Part shown: positions 39,126-48,947 of the stretch, in pieces
Position numbering within the stretch: position 1 is the first letter of the stretch
Layout: every line of letters begins with the position of its first letter
From: an uncultured Gammaproteobacteria bacterium
GTDB lineage: Bacteria > Pseudomonadota > Gammaproteobacteria > Steroidobacterales > Rariloculaceae
Assembly: GCA_964276105.1 (NCBI GenBank)
Contig: CAXYEE010000017.1
Span: 212-64,211, forward strand
Direction: 5' to 3'
Length of the DNA: 64,000 nucleotides
Position numbers and translations under genes: made by a program
Notes under the pieces: generated by a model
Database searches by the model: none
Seen by the model: the letters and a program-made list of their open reading frames with translations, nothing else
Told to the model about the DNA's origin: nothing

Positions 39126-41711
39126 TTAGAAGATGGGTTCTGGTTTAGTTGATTTTTCACGGATCGCTTCAGAGTAATTTTGTACAATCGTACGGTCAGA
39201 AAGATTAGATCTATCTGATTCAGACTGAGGCGCATAATCTGTTCTGAATTTTTCAAAAATACTATTTTCTCCAGTATCAGCGACAAGCCCTGTCTCTGGA
39301 TTAATACGCACATCGATAATTCCCGTTGGTCGAAGCATCGTGTTTAAACGAGACTCATCAAGAGCTTCTCGCATAAAATCAATCCACATTGGGAGCGCTG
39401 TAGATGCACCTGTTTCACGTGTTCCCAAGGGTCTAACTTGATCAAATCCAATCCAAACCGCTGTTACAATGTCACCGTTATACCCTGCAAACCAAACATC
39501 GCTAGAATCATTGGTTGTACCAGTCTTTCCACTTAGATCAGTCCGACCAAGCTCACGATATGCGCGTCTTCCAGTCCCGCGACGAACATTATCCTGCAAC
39601 ATGTCATTTATAAGATAAGCATTTTGTGCAGAAATAGTTCGTTCCGTATAATTTTCACTGGAATAAAGGTCAGAAGATGTCTCAATCAGCAGAGGATCCA
39701 TATCTTCGCCATTGGTGCAGTCCGAGCACGCTAAATCAGGGTTTGCTCGATAAAGTACCTGTCCATTTTCATCTTCTATTGTTTCAATTATATAGGGAAC
39801 AACACTGTAACCACCGTTAGCAAAAGTTGCATAGCCTTGGACTACATCAAGCGGAGCGACACCACCGGACCCTAAAGCTAGTGTGTTATTTCTCGGCAAC
39901 GCTGTTTGATCAAAACCAAAACTTTTTAAATGCTCAACTGTATGGGAAATCCCTGTTACCAGATCAGGACTTCTAAGTATCCTGATTGAGACTAAGTTCA
40001 AGGATTTTATAAGCGCCTCCCTTAGACGAGTTGGCCCATTAATCTCACCTGAATAGTTCTCAGGACGCCAAAAAGTTTCTAGTTCAGAGCTTTGCTCCAC
40101 AATCGGCGCATCATTAATCATGCTTGCTGCCGTAAACCCACGTTCAAGAGCAGCGGAATAAATAAAAGGCTTAAAAGCAGAACCGGGCTGTCGGTCTGCA
40201 TCCATAGCACGATTGAATTTCCCGTTTTTTATCTCGTCATAAAAGTTAAACCCACCTGTTAGCGCTGTAATAGCGCCATCCTGTGGATCTATAGAAATAA
40301 GTGCGCCCTGAACGTCAGGTACCTGCACCAGATGTGGCTGACCAGTTTCTGATAGCTCAAATAACGCAACATCCCCAGCTTTTAAAACATCCGCAACCGT
40401 CTTTGGGGATTGGCCTTTCCGGTTCTCATTAATATAGGGAGATGCCCATGCAACCGCATTAATATCTAGAGGTATGGTTCCTCGGTCAGTAAAGTAGACT
40501 TTTGCCTGAAAAATGGGCACTAAATCTTCCGCTTCGCTAGAGGCCTCTACCGTATCAACCATATAGTTAGCATCAAGATGTTCCCCTGCGGACAATACTG
40601 CTAATTGCTGTTCTATGGTCATTATTTCATCAACACTCACTACCAACCCTGGAAAAAATCCAGGAGCAGAAGGAAATTCCTTGATTTTTTCTATAAGCAA
40701 TTGATCCCAGTCGGGTTTAAGCCAGTCATCATTGAATAGAGGACCCCTGTAACCATGACGCCTGTCATACCCTATCAACGCTTTATTAAGTGCCATGTTA
40801 GAGGCCCTTTGTAAACGTGAATCAATTGTAGTTTTGATTTTGAGTCCAGACTCTGTGGCAGCTTCCTCACCGAATCTTCTTATTGCCTCTCTGTAAGCTC
40901 TAGCTGCAACATAGGGAGCATCAAGCTCTTGTGCACGGTCATACAAACGACTTTCTACCAGAAGACCCAAAGCTGCCTTATATTCGGTCTGCGTAATGAA
41001 GTTAAGGTCATGCATTCGCCCTAAAACATAGTTACGCCGTTGGGCAGCGACAGCCGCATTCCTCACGGGGTTATAGAGTGAAGGTGCCGCAGGTATGCCC
41101 GCAAGAATAGCGGCTTCCGATAGAGTAATTTCGTCAAGTGATTTACCAAAATAAGATTGTGCAGCTGCCACAACACCATAAGAATTTTGTCCAAGAAAGG
41201 TGGTGTTGAGGTAAATCTCAAGAATCTCTTGTTTGCTAAATTCCCTTTCTATACGTAATGCTAGAACCCATTCCTTGAACTTTCGTACCAAGGTTCTATC
41301 ACGTGTGAGGTGCCTTTGACGAGCGATCTGCTGTGTGATGGTGCTGCCACCTTGCCTACTATTACCCGCGCTCAGAACAAAATATGTCATTGCTCTAAGG
41401 ATGCCCTGATAATCGATACCGGGATGTTCAAAAAACCGATCATCCTCTGCGGCAAGCACTGCCCGCACCATTACCTGCGGCATTTCCTCATATCGAAGAG
41501 GTGAACGTTTCGCGCCAAACTGGCTAATTAACCGGCCATCTCGACTATAGACAGATAGGGGAGTTTGTGGGCGAACGTCTCGCAGCTCTTCAGCTTGAGG
41601 CAAGCTAGGGGCTATATAAAAATACCCGCCCGAAAGCAACGCACCAATGCAAATGCAAACGGTGACCATAAAGGTCCCGAAACTCAATAAAATTCTACTG
41701 TAAGTGCCCAT
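39126..41711 (-). CDS. mrcA: Penicillin-binding protein 1A (bifunctional glycosyltransferase/transpeptidase)
   Basis: 861 aa; TM anchor; GT51 motif AAEDDRFFEHPG and GGSTITQQ; transpeptidase SAFKP, KSLN, KTGTT. Confidence 0.93.
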   Translation of the reverse strand: MGTYSRILLSFGTFMVTVCICIGALLSGGYFYIAPSLPQAEELRDVRPQTPLSVYSRDGRLISQFGAKRSPLRYEEMPQVMVRAVLAAEDDRFFEHPGIDYQGILRAMTYFVLSAGNSRQGGSTITQQIARQRHLTRDRTLVRKFKEWVLALRIEREFSKQEILEIYLNTTFLGQNSYGVVAAAQSYFGKSLDEITLSEAAILAGIPAAPSLYNPVRNAAVAAQRRNYVLGRMHDLNFITQTEYKAALGLLVESRLYDRAQELDAPYVAARAYREAIRRFGEEAATESGLKIKTTIDSRLQRASNMALNKALIGYDRRHGYRGPLFNDDWLKPDWDQLLIEKIKEFPSAPGFFPGLVVSVDEIMTIEQQLAVLSAGEHLDANYMVDTVEASSEAEDLVPIFQAKVYFTDRGTIPLDINAVAWASPYINENRKGQSPKTVADVLKAGDVALFELSETGQPHLVQVPDVQGALISIDPQDGAITALTGGFNFYDEIKNGKFNRAMDADRQPGSAFKPFIYSAALERGFTAASMINDAPIVEQSSELETFWRPENYSGEINGPTRLREALIKSLNLVSIRILRSPDLVTGISHTVEHLKSFGFDQTALPRNNTLALGSGGVAPLDVVQGYATFANGGYSVVPYIIETIEDENGQVLYRANPDLACSDCTNGEDMDPLLIETSSDLYSSENYTERTISAQNAYLINDMLQDNVRRGTGRRAYRELGRTDLSGKTGTTNDSSDVWFAGYNGDIVTAVWIGFDQVRPLGTRETGASTALPMWIDFMREALDESRLNTMLRPTGIIDVRINPETGLVADTGENSIFEKFRTDYAPQSESDRSNLSDRTIVQNYSEAIREKSTKPEPIF

Positions 41712-41744
41712 CTTTAAAGCAGTATTTAACTACCCTCTAACTAT

Positions 41745-41758
41745 ATTCTAGCTAGAAT
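41745..41758. promoter_or_regulatory. 14-bp perfect palindrome ATTCTAGCTAGAAT in the ponA/aroK divergent spacer
   Basis: Self-complementary 41745-41758, flanked by the 7-bp inverted repeat CTACCCT (41730-41736) / AGGGTAG (41781-41787). Confidence 0.35.
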
Positions 41759-41842
41759 TTAGATAATAAGCTCTATTATTAGGGTAGCCTTTTATATTAT
41801 GTAGACTAGACTCAGATATCGGAATCGATTTAAGGCGCTTCA

Positions 41843-42379
41843 ATGACTAAGGCTCACAACGTATTTCTTGTGGGAGCAATGGGTTCCGGAAAAACTTCTG
41901 TCGGCCGCCAGCTCGCGCGCGAACTAAGCATGGACTTCATTGATAGTGATGAAGAAATTCAACGATGCACAGGCGTAGATATCAGATTTATTTTTGAGAA
42001 GGAAGGTGAAAGCTTATTTCGAGAACGCGAGAAAGCTATAATTTCTGATCTCACTCAAATGGAAAACCTAGTCCTCGCTACCGGTGGTGGTTCCATATTG
42101 GATGCTAAAAATCGTCAACTTCTTCACACTCATGGCATAGTTGTGTACCTAGAGACTAGTGTGAAGCAGCAGCTTTTACGCACTCAGAAATCGAAAAAAC
42201 GGCCGCTTCTTATAGGTAAAAACCCCGAAGCTATCCTGACTCATCTGATGGCATCTCGTGGGCCACTTTATGAGCAAGTTGCACATTTTTCTGTAAATAC
42301 GGAAAAAAAACGAGTAGCAGCAATTGTGAATGAAATAAAGAAAAAGCTTTTAGAACAAACCTTAATACCGTTGAAATAA
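41843..42379 (+). CDS. aroK: Shikimate kinase
   Basis: P-loop GAMGSGKTSVG; DSD; ATGGG. Confidence 0.93.
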   Translation: MTKAHNVFLVGAMGSGKTSVGRQLARELSMDFIDSDEEIQRCTGVDIRFIFEKEGESLFREREKAIISDLTQMENLVLATGGGSILDAKNRQLLHTHGIVVYLETSVKQQLLRTQKSKKRPLLIGKNPEAILTHLMASRGPLYEQVAHFSVNTEKKRVAAIVNEIKKKLLEQTLIPLK

Positions 42380-42405
42380 TAATACCCCCCGGGAACCTAT
42401 CTAAG

Positions 42406-43494
42406 ATGGATACAATTCAAGTTGCATTAGGCGAGAGAAGTTACCCAATACACATTGGTCCTGGGCTTATAGGTGATCAAGAATTACTGCGCCACTCAAT
42501 ACCTGCAACTCAGGTATTAATAGTCACAAATGAGATTGTCGCACCCCTTTATTTGAATGCCTTTGAACAGGCACTGTCTGCAAATCAACAGCATGCCTTA
42601 GTACTGCCAGACGGAGAGTCAGAAAAAAACCTTGGTTCTTTAGCACAGATACTCGACAAGCTAGTTGAACAAGGGTTTCACCGTGATGCCTGCCTTGTTG
42701 CGCTTGGAGGTGGAGTGATAGGAGATCTTACTGGCTTTGCCGCAGCATGTTATCAGCGCGGCATAAAATTCGCGCAAATACCGACTACATTGCTAGCACA
42801 GGTAGATTCATCCGTGGGAGGGAAAACGGCAGTTAATCACCCAAAAGCAAAAAATATGATAGGGGCATTCCATCAGCCAAGCTGTGTACTTGCCGATATA
42901 AACACACTTAAAACACTTCCAAAAAGGGAGTTTTCTGCGGGTCTGGCCGAAGTGATCAAACATGGCCTAATTCTAGACCGCACCTTTTTTCACTGGCTGG
43001 AAAACAACGTTCGAGAGGTTCTCGCTCAAGATTCAAGTGCACTATCGCATATAGTTCGTCGAAGTTGCGAGATCAAAGCTGACATAGTATCCAAGGATGA
43101 ATATGAGCGGGGCACCCGCGCTCTGCTTAATCTTGGACACACCTTTGGCCATGCACTTGAATCACTTATGGGTTTTGGGGAATTTTTACATGGAGAAGCA
43201 GTTTCTATAGGAATTAATTTAGCTGCAGAAACTTCAAAAGAACTTGGCATGATAAAAGCTAACGATTGCGAAAGAATTCGATCTTTGCTAAAACAAGCCG
43301 ATCTACCTGTAACCGATTCCAACATAGAGTCTGATCCATTGTTAAAGTTAATGAGGATGGATAAAAAAGCTAATGCTAGCGGGGTCCGAATGGTATTACT
43401 TGAGGAACTAGGTAGTGCTGTCATCGTATCAGCCCCAGATGAAAGGATTATAAAAAAAGTTATTGAAACTCAATCCGTCGATGGACCCGTGTGA
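42406..43494 (+). CDS. aroB: 3-dehydroquinate synthase
   Basis: 362 aa; LGGGVIGDLTGFAAA, GGKTAVNHP, NLGHTFGHALE motifs. Confidence 0.95.
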   Translation: MDTIQVALGERSYPIHIGPGLIGDQELLRHSIPATQVLIVTNEIVAPLYLNAFEQALSANQQHALVLPDGESEKNLGSLAQILDKLVEQGFHRDACLVALGGGVIGDLTGFAAACYQRGIKFAQIPTTLLAQVDSSVGGKTAVNHPKAKNMIGAFHQPSCVLADINTLKTLPKREFSAGLAEVIKHGLILDRTFFHWLENNVREVLAQDSSALSHIVRRSCEIKADIVSKDEYERGTRALLNLGHTFGHALESLMGFGEFLHGEAVSIGINLAAETSKELGMIKANDCERIRSLLKQADLPVTDSNIESDPLLKLMRMDKKANASGVRMVLLEELGSAVIVSAPDERIIKKVIETQSVDGPV

Positions 43495-43497
43495 TAC

Positions 43498-44637
43498 GTG
43501 CTGAAAGCATTAGCTAATTATGCTGCAACTCCGAACAATTCCCTTGGACGCCTCTACCCTGAAGACCACTCTGGCTACCGGACGGAATTTCAGCGTGACC
43601 GTGACCGCATCATTCATTCTGCCGCTTTCAGAAGGCTAGTCTATAAAACTCAAGTTTTTGTCAACCATGAAGGAGACCTCTATAGGACTCGCCTAACTCA
43701 CTCTCTCGAAGTAGCACAGATTGCTAGAACAGTCGCTCGAGCAATGAATCTTAATGAGGACCTGGTTGAGGCTATCAGTCTTGCTCATGATCTTGGGCAT
43801 ACTCCATTTGGACATGCTGGTCAGGATGCCCTTAATGAATGTATGAGAGACTACGGTGGGTTTGAACATAACTTGCAATCGTTACGAGTCGTCGATCAAT
43901 TAGAAGACAGATACCCCCAATTCCCAGGTCTCAATCTAACGTTTGAAGCACGTGAAGGAATATTGAAACATTGCTCTTTGAAAAATGCTCGGAATCTTGG
44001 CGAGCTTGGGCAACGCTTCATAAAAAGACATCAGCCAAGCCTAGAGGCTCAGATTACAGATATTGCAGATCAAATTGCATATAACAATCATGATGTAGAT
44101 GATGGTTTAAGATCGGGTTTGATTAAAATCAGCGATCTAGCTGGAATGCATTTTTTTTCTGATGAACTAAAAACCACTAAAAAACAATACCCGAAACTTA
44201 CTGAACGCCAACAGTCTAAAGAAGTAATTCGAAGGATGATTGGTAGCCTAGTTACAGACTTGATTGAGACTAGTATGTGTAATATCCAGGAACTCAAACC
44301 AGAAAGTATTGATATGGTTCGCCAATACAAATTTCCTTTGATTAACTGTAGCGACTCGTTTTTAGAATCCCAAAAAACTCTAAAACTATTTCTTAGAGAA
44401 AACCTTTATAGTCATCCAAAAGTACGTGAGATGACTATTCAAGCGCATGAGATAGTATCAACGCTTTTTTTATCATTCCTAGCAAACTATAAGCTTATGC
44501 CGCACGAGCATGCGCTTAACGCTAACCAAGCACATCAAGAAATAGGACTAAATGGTTCAGCACGAATTGTTGCAGACTATATTGCAGGTATGACAGACCG
44601 GTTTGCATTGCAGTTCTATGAAGACTTAAAAAAATAA
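43498..44637 (+). CDS. dGTP triphosphohydrolase-like HD-domain protein
   Basis: EFQRDRDRIIHS..FRRL, THSLEVAQI, AHDLGHTPFGH, DRFAL motifs; GTG start 3 nt after aroB. Confidence 0.88.
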   Translation: MLKALANYAATPNNSLGRLYPEDHSGYRTEFQRDRDRIIHSAAFRRLVYKTQVFVNHEGDLYRTRLTHSLEVAQIARTVARAMNLNEDLVEAISLAHDLGHTPFGHAGQDALNECMRDYGGFEHNLQSLRVVDQLEDRYPQFPGLNLTFEAREGILKHCSLKNARNLGELGQRFIKRHQPSLEAQITDIADQIAYNNHDVDDGLRSGLIKISDLAGMHFFSDELKTTKKQYPKLTERQQSKEVIRRMIGSLVTDLIETSMCNIQELKPESIDMVRQYKFPLINCSDSFLESQKTLKLFLRENLYSHPKVREMTIQAHEIVSTLFLSFLANYKLMPHEHALNANQAHQEIGLNGSARIVADYIAGMTDRFALQFYEDLKK

Positions 44638-44704
44638 CCTGAAAACCAATAATACAAATGCTTAATACACGCTACTCTATCTGTGGCTCTGCTAGAATAT
44701 ACGA

Positions 44705-45427
44705 GTGTCAGTAGATAAAACCTCAGATTTTTATATCCCCCCAAACCAACGCCTCATTGTTGCATTGGATGTGCCTAATATTAATGAGGCAAAGTCCCTT
44801 GTGGGAAAACTTGGAAGTACCGTAGAATTTTATAAAATTGGTTTGGAGCTCGCTGCAACTGGGGGTTATTTTGATCTTTTAAACTGGTTAATTGATCAAG
44901 GTAAAAAGGTTTTTGTTGACCTAAAACTTTATGACGTCCCAGCCACAGTCTCAGCTGCTGTAAGACAGTTGCGTAGCTCAGGAGCTTCTTTCCTTACCGT
45001 GCACGGCGATAAATCTATTATGGAAGCTGCTGCTTCAGAAAAGGGGGGCCTTCAAATACTTGCGGTAACAGTACTGACAAGCATGGATAATGAAGATTTA
45101 AAACAAATGGGTATTGGATTGGATGTAGAGGATTTAGTGCTTGAACGCGCAAAACTTGCCATATCTAGTGGCTGCAACGGGGTAATAGCCTCCGGACTTG
45201 AAGTAAAGGCTCTTCGCCAAACACTAGGAAAGAAGGCGATAATCGTAACCCCGGGTATACGACCAGCTGATTCTTCTACTATTGATGATCAGAAACGAAT
45301 TGTGACCCCAAAAAGCGCTTTTGAGGATGGCGCAAACTATATAGTTGTTGGGCGTCCGATCCGTAATGCCATAAACCCAAAAAGTATGGCAGAAACTATA
45401 CAAGCAGAAATTGCTGCTGCCCTCTAA
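44705..45427 (+). CDS. pyrF: Orotidine 5'-phosphate decarboxylase
   Basis: LIVALDV, FVDLKLYDVP, PGIR motifs; GTG start. Confidence 0.92.
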   Translation: MSVDKTSDFYIPPNQRLIVALDVPNINEAKSLVGKLGSTVEFYKIGLELAATGGYFDLLNWLIDQGKKVFVDLKLYDVPATVSAAVRQLRSSGASFLTVHGDKSIMEAAASEKGGLQILAVTVLTSMDNEDLKQMGIGLDVEDLVLERAKLAISSGCNGVIASGLEVKALRQTLGKKAIIVTPGIRPADSSTIDDQKRIVTPKSAFEDGANYIVVGRPIRNAINPKSMAETIQAEIAAAL

Positions 45428-45482
45428 TACATAAAAATAAATATACTAGGTTCTTAGTGAGCAAGCAGCACGATTAACCTAA

Positions 45483-45854
45483 TCAATTTAGATCTGCCGC
45501 ATACTCTTTTAAAATTTCTAGTGGGACGATCTCAAGTGCGCGGATATGAGTTGCCCGCAGCATCACGCGAGGCGCCATACCATGTTGTTGCGCCTCAAAC
45601 CAGCGAGCCGCACACAGACACCAACAATCGCCTGGTTTTAACCCTGGAAATCCAAATTCAGGTTTTGAGGTGGTCAAATCATTTCCTCTGAATCGAGAAA
45701 ATTCTAAAAACTCTCCGGTTACCTGAACACACACGGTATGAGAACCAAAATCATCATCACTCGTGTTACAACAGCCGTCACGAAAGAAACCAGTCAGCGG
45801 GTTCTCACAGCAGCTTTCTAACGTCTCACCCAAAACATTTATAGGTTTATCCAT
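45483..45854 (-). CDS. DUF2237-family protein
   Basis: 123 aa; NVLGETLESCCENPLTGFFRDGCCNT...HTVCV matches my recollection of the DUF2237 Cys-rich N-terminus. Confidence 0.7.
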   Translation of the reverse strand: MDKPINVLGETLESCCENPLTGFFRDGCCNTSDDDFGSHTVCVQVTGEFLEFSRFRGNDLTTSKPEFGFPGLKPGDCWCLCAARWFEAQQHGMAPRVMLRATHIRALEIVPLEILKEYAADLN

Positions 45855-47518
45855 TATTCTCGCAATACTCGTCTAAGCACCTTTCCAATATTATTTTTTG
45901 GTAATTCTTCCATAAAAACTATCTCTCGAGGTCTCTTATAACCTGTAAGATTCTTACGACAATACTCCATCAGCTGTTCTTCTTTAAGCAGTGGGTTTTT
46001 TGTAACCACAAATAATCGTACGGCTTCGCCTGAATTTTCATCAGGAATACCCACTGCAGCTGCCTCCATCACTTCTGGATGCGCAACAATCACATTCTCT
46101 ATTTCATTTGGGTATACATTAAATCCTGATACTAGTATCAGGTCTTTTTTGCGGTCCTCAATATATAAAAATCCACGTTCATCTATACGACCAATATCTC
46201 CGGTTTTAAGCCACCCTTCATCAGATATAGTTTCTGCTGTTGCCTTGGGGTTTTTCCAGTATCCACTCATGACCTGAGGACCACGAACATGTATTTCACC
46301 CACCTCCCCTAGATCCATAGCTACCCCATCTTCATCACAAATTATCACTTCTGTAGATGGCAGTGGCAGTCCAACTGAGCCATTAAATTCAAATATATCC
46401 AATGGGGTAGCACTCACAATCGGTGAAGCTTCTGTGAGTCCATAGCCTTGAGCTAAAGGTCGACCTGTTATGGCCTGCCATTCCTCCGAAATACTCGCCT
46501 GAACTGCCATTCCCCCGCCCATTGTTGCTTTGTGTTTGCTAAAGTTAATTCGTGAAAATTCAGGGCAGTTTAAAAGAGCATTGAATAAAGTATTCACCCC
46601 CGTAAGATATGTAAATGGTTCGCGCGCCAAGTCTCTAATCAGACTTTTTACATCACGAGGGTTAGTTACTAAAAGGTTATGCCCGCCAAGATTTATAAAA
46701 CAAAGCAAATTAGCGGTTAAAGAAAATACATGGTAAAGCGGTAATGGCGTAACAACCAAATCGCCACGACCATTCAGAAACGGTTTTGCCCATGCAGCGG
46801 CCTGCAGAACATTACTTACCATATTTCTATGCGTAAGAATCGCGCCTTTAGAAATTCCAGTAGTACCCCCAGTGTATTGAAGGAATGCAGTATTTTCACT
46901 ACAAATATTTACATCTTTATAGAAGGAATTTTTACCTTTTATGAGTGCTTTTAAATAGCTCTCAGCTATCTCAATTTTCCAGCTAGGTACAAGTTTTTTT
47001 ATATGCTTTACGAACAAATTTGTCATAGCTCGCTTGAAAATTGGGAAATGATCTCCCACCGCTGTAACAATAATTTTTTCTAGCTTTACTTTTGGTAGTA
47101 CGCTCTGCAACACAGCAGCAAAATTTTCTAAAACAATAATTGCTTTGGCGCCACTATCGCTAAGCTGATACTCCAATTCCCGAGGTGTATAAAGTGGATT
47201 TACATTTACTACAACCATTCCTGCTCTCAATATGCCGAATGTGGCTATGGGATACTGCAGTAGATTAGGTAGCATTATCGCAACCCTATCTCCTGGCTGG
47301 AGATTGGGATCCGACTGAAGGTATGCGGCAAAATGACGGCTCAACTCCTCAATTTCCTCAAATCTCATTGCCACACCACTATTGGAAAAAGCAGTAAGAT
47401 CTGAATTCTTCTGAAAACTATCTTCGAGCAGTTCCTTTAAAGAATTAAAGTCATCAGGGTTTATTTCGGCTGGCACGCCGTTTGGATAGGATCTTAGCCA
47501 AGGCCGAAGTTCATCCAT
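45854..47518 (-). CDS. fadD: Long-chain fatty acid-CoA ligase
   Basis: 554 aa; AMP-binding LQYTGGTTGISKGA, YGLTE, TGDIG, final NNIGKVLRR. Confidence 0.9.
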   Translation of the reverse strand: MDELRPWLRSYPNGVPAEINPDDFNSLKELLEDSFQKNSDLTAFSNSGVAMRFEEIEELSRHFAAYLQSDPNLQPGDRVAIMLPNLLQYPIATFGILRAGMVVVNVNPLYTPRELEYQLSDSGAKAIIVLENFAAVLQSVLPKVKLEKIIVTAVGDHFPIFKRAMTNLFVKHIKKLVPSWKIEIAESYLKALIKGKNSFYKDVNICSENTAFLQYTGGTTGISKGAILTHRNMVSNVLQAAAWAKPFLNGRGDLVVTPLPLYHVFSLTANLLCFINLGGHNLLVTNPRDVKSLIRDLAREPFTYLTGVNTLFNALLNCPEFSRINFSKHKATMGGGMAVQASISEEWQAITGRPLAQGYGLTEASPIVSATPLDIFEFNGSVGLPLPSTEVIICDEDGVAMDLGEVGEIHVRGPQVMSGYWKNPKATAETISDEGWLKTGDIGRIDERGFLYIEDRKKDLILVSGFNVYPNEIENVIVAHPEVMEAAAVGIPDENSGEAVRLFVVTKNPLLKEEQLMEYCRKNLTGYKRPREIVFMEELPKNNIGKVLRRVLRE

Positions 47519-47581
47519 AAAAACAAGCTAGGCATATGTATTTAGCAGGTAACATTAATATTATTTTAGGAAAATACCGTG

Positions 47582-48223
47582 CTAGAGAAAATCTACTAAA
47601 ACCGTCCAAACGTTCTCCATCATAACGCGATTGCCACTTTCGTTTGGATGAATGCCATCGGACTGCATCAAATCTGAGTTTAATGCGACACCCTTCATTA
47701 AAAACTCTACTAGCGGCACACTAAACTCTTGAGAAAGTTCTGGGTATGTCATAGCAAAACGACTGGTGTATACAGCCCCATAGTTAGGTGGAATCTGTAT
47801 GCCCGTAAGAATTGGCATTGCCCCCTGTACCTCGGTAAGCCTAAGCATAGCGCGCAAATTTTCACGTAATCGCTCCACTGACTGCCCACGCAACCCATCG
47901 TTACCACCGAGTTCGATGATAACTATTACAGGGCTATAACTGTCTAATAGCGCCGGTAAACGCGCCAAACCTCCAGAACTTGTATCACCTGGCACACTGG
48001 CATTTACTATTTCATATCCGTAACCTTCCGCTGTCATTCTATCCTGTAGCATTGTGACCCAGGATGATTCACTACGCAGTCCATAACCACTGCTTAAAGA
48101 ATCACCAATGACAATTATTGTCTGCTCAGCTAATACAATCTGAGGAATAAAGACAAACGCAATACATGCCGAGATGGTCGGTGCAACTAAAATTCGAGTG
48201 TAATGAATAAATCTAAAAAACAT
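47582..48223 (-). CDS. tesA: SGNH arylesterase / acyl-CoA thioesterase I
   Basis: Signal-like N-terminus, then blocks GDSLSSGYG, GGNDG, DGIHPN. Start at Met 48223; the track ORF extension to 48448 is rejected. Confidence 0.88.
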   Translation of the reverse strand: MFFRFIHYTRILVAPTISACIAFVFIPQIVLAEQTIIVIGDSLSSGYGLRSESSWVTMLQDRMTAEGYGYEIVNASVPGDTSSGGLARLPALLDSYSPVIVIIELGGNDGLRGQSVERLRENLRAMLRLTEVQGAMPILTGIQIPPNYGAVYTSRFAMTYPELSQEFSVPLVEFLMKGVALNSDLMQSDGIHPNESGNRVMMENVWTVLVDFL

Positions 48224-48905
48224 GACAGAACCTAAATCCATACTTGCTGCAAAAAATCTGACTAAAAAGGTTACCAGCCCAGAGGGGGAGCTGACTATCC
48301 TCAATGATGCCTCCCTTAAAATAAATTGTGGTGAAACTGCTGCAATAGTTGGGCCATCCGGAGCCGGGAAGTCTACCTTGCTGGCTCTTCTAGCTGGTCT
48401 TGATGAGCCAACATCAGGCAAGGTTTGGTTAGACGGGGCAGAACTCACAACTATGGATGAGGATGGTCGAGCGTTACTTAGAAACCGTCAGGTGGGCTTT
48501 ATTTTTCAATCATTTCATTTGCTTTCATCATTAACAGCGCTAGAAAACGTACTTTTACCACTAGAATTAAGTGGCACTATGGGAGCTATGATTCTTGCAC
48601 GAGAAGCATTGGAACAAGTAGGACTTAACTCACGTATGCATCACTACCCCCGCCAACTATCCGGAGGTGAGAAGCAGAGGGTTGCTATAGCTAGGGCTTT
48701 TGTTACAACTCCATCACTACTTTTTGCGGATGAACCTACTGGAAATTTAGACAATAAATCGGGCGAGCGCATTTTAAATTTATTGTTCCAATTAAATGCT
48801 GCTGCTAATACTACCCTCATACTGGTTACCCATGACCTAACTGCCGCTGCGCGCTGTGACCGTATACTTGAAATGGCTGCAGGAAGCATCGTTAATGCTG
48901 CATGA
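48222..48905 (+). CDS. ybbA: ABC transporter ATP-binding protein (YbbA/LolD-like)
   Basis: GPSGAGKST, LSGGEKQRVAIARA, LLFADEPT; divergent from tesA as in E. coli. Confidence 0.88.
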   Translation: MTEPKSILAAKNLTKKVTSPEGELTILNDASLKINCGETAAIVGPSGAGKSTLLALLAGLDEPTSGKVWLDGAELTTMDEDGRALLRNRQVGFIFQSFHLLSSLTALENVLLPLELSGTMGAMILAREALEQVGLNSRMHHYPRQLSGGEKQRVAIARAFVTTPSLLFADEPTGNLDNKSGERILNLLFQLNAAANTTLILVTHDLTAAARCDRILEMAAGSIVNAA

Positions 48906-48947
48906 TCACAAACTGTAAGAAATAAATAATTTTTTATTCATTTATAT

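Noticed and set aside
48224-48448. 75-codon N-terminal extension of the tesA ORF (track 47582-48448)
   Set aside because: The extension is antisense to the ybbA Walker-A region and precedes a normal signal-like N-terminus beginning at Met 48223. SGNH esterases of this type are about 200-215 aa.
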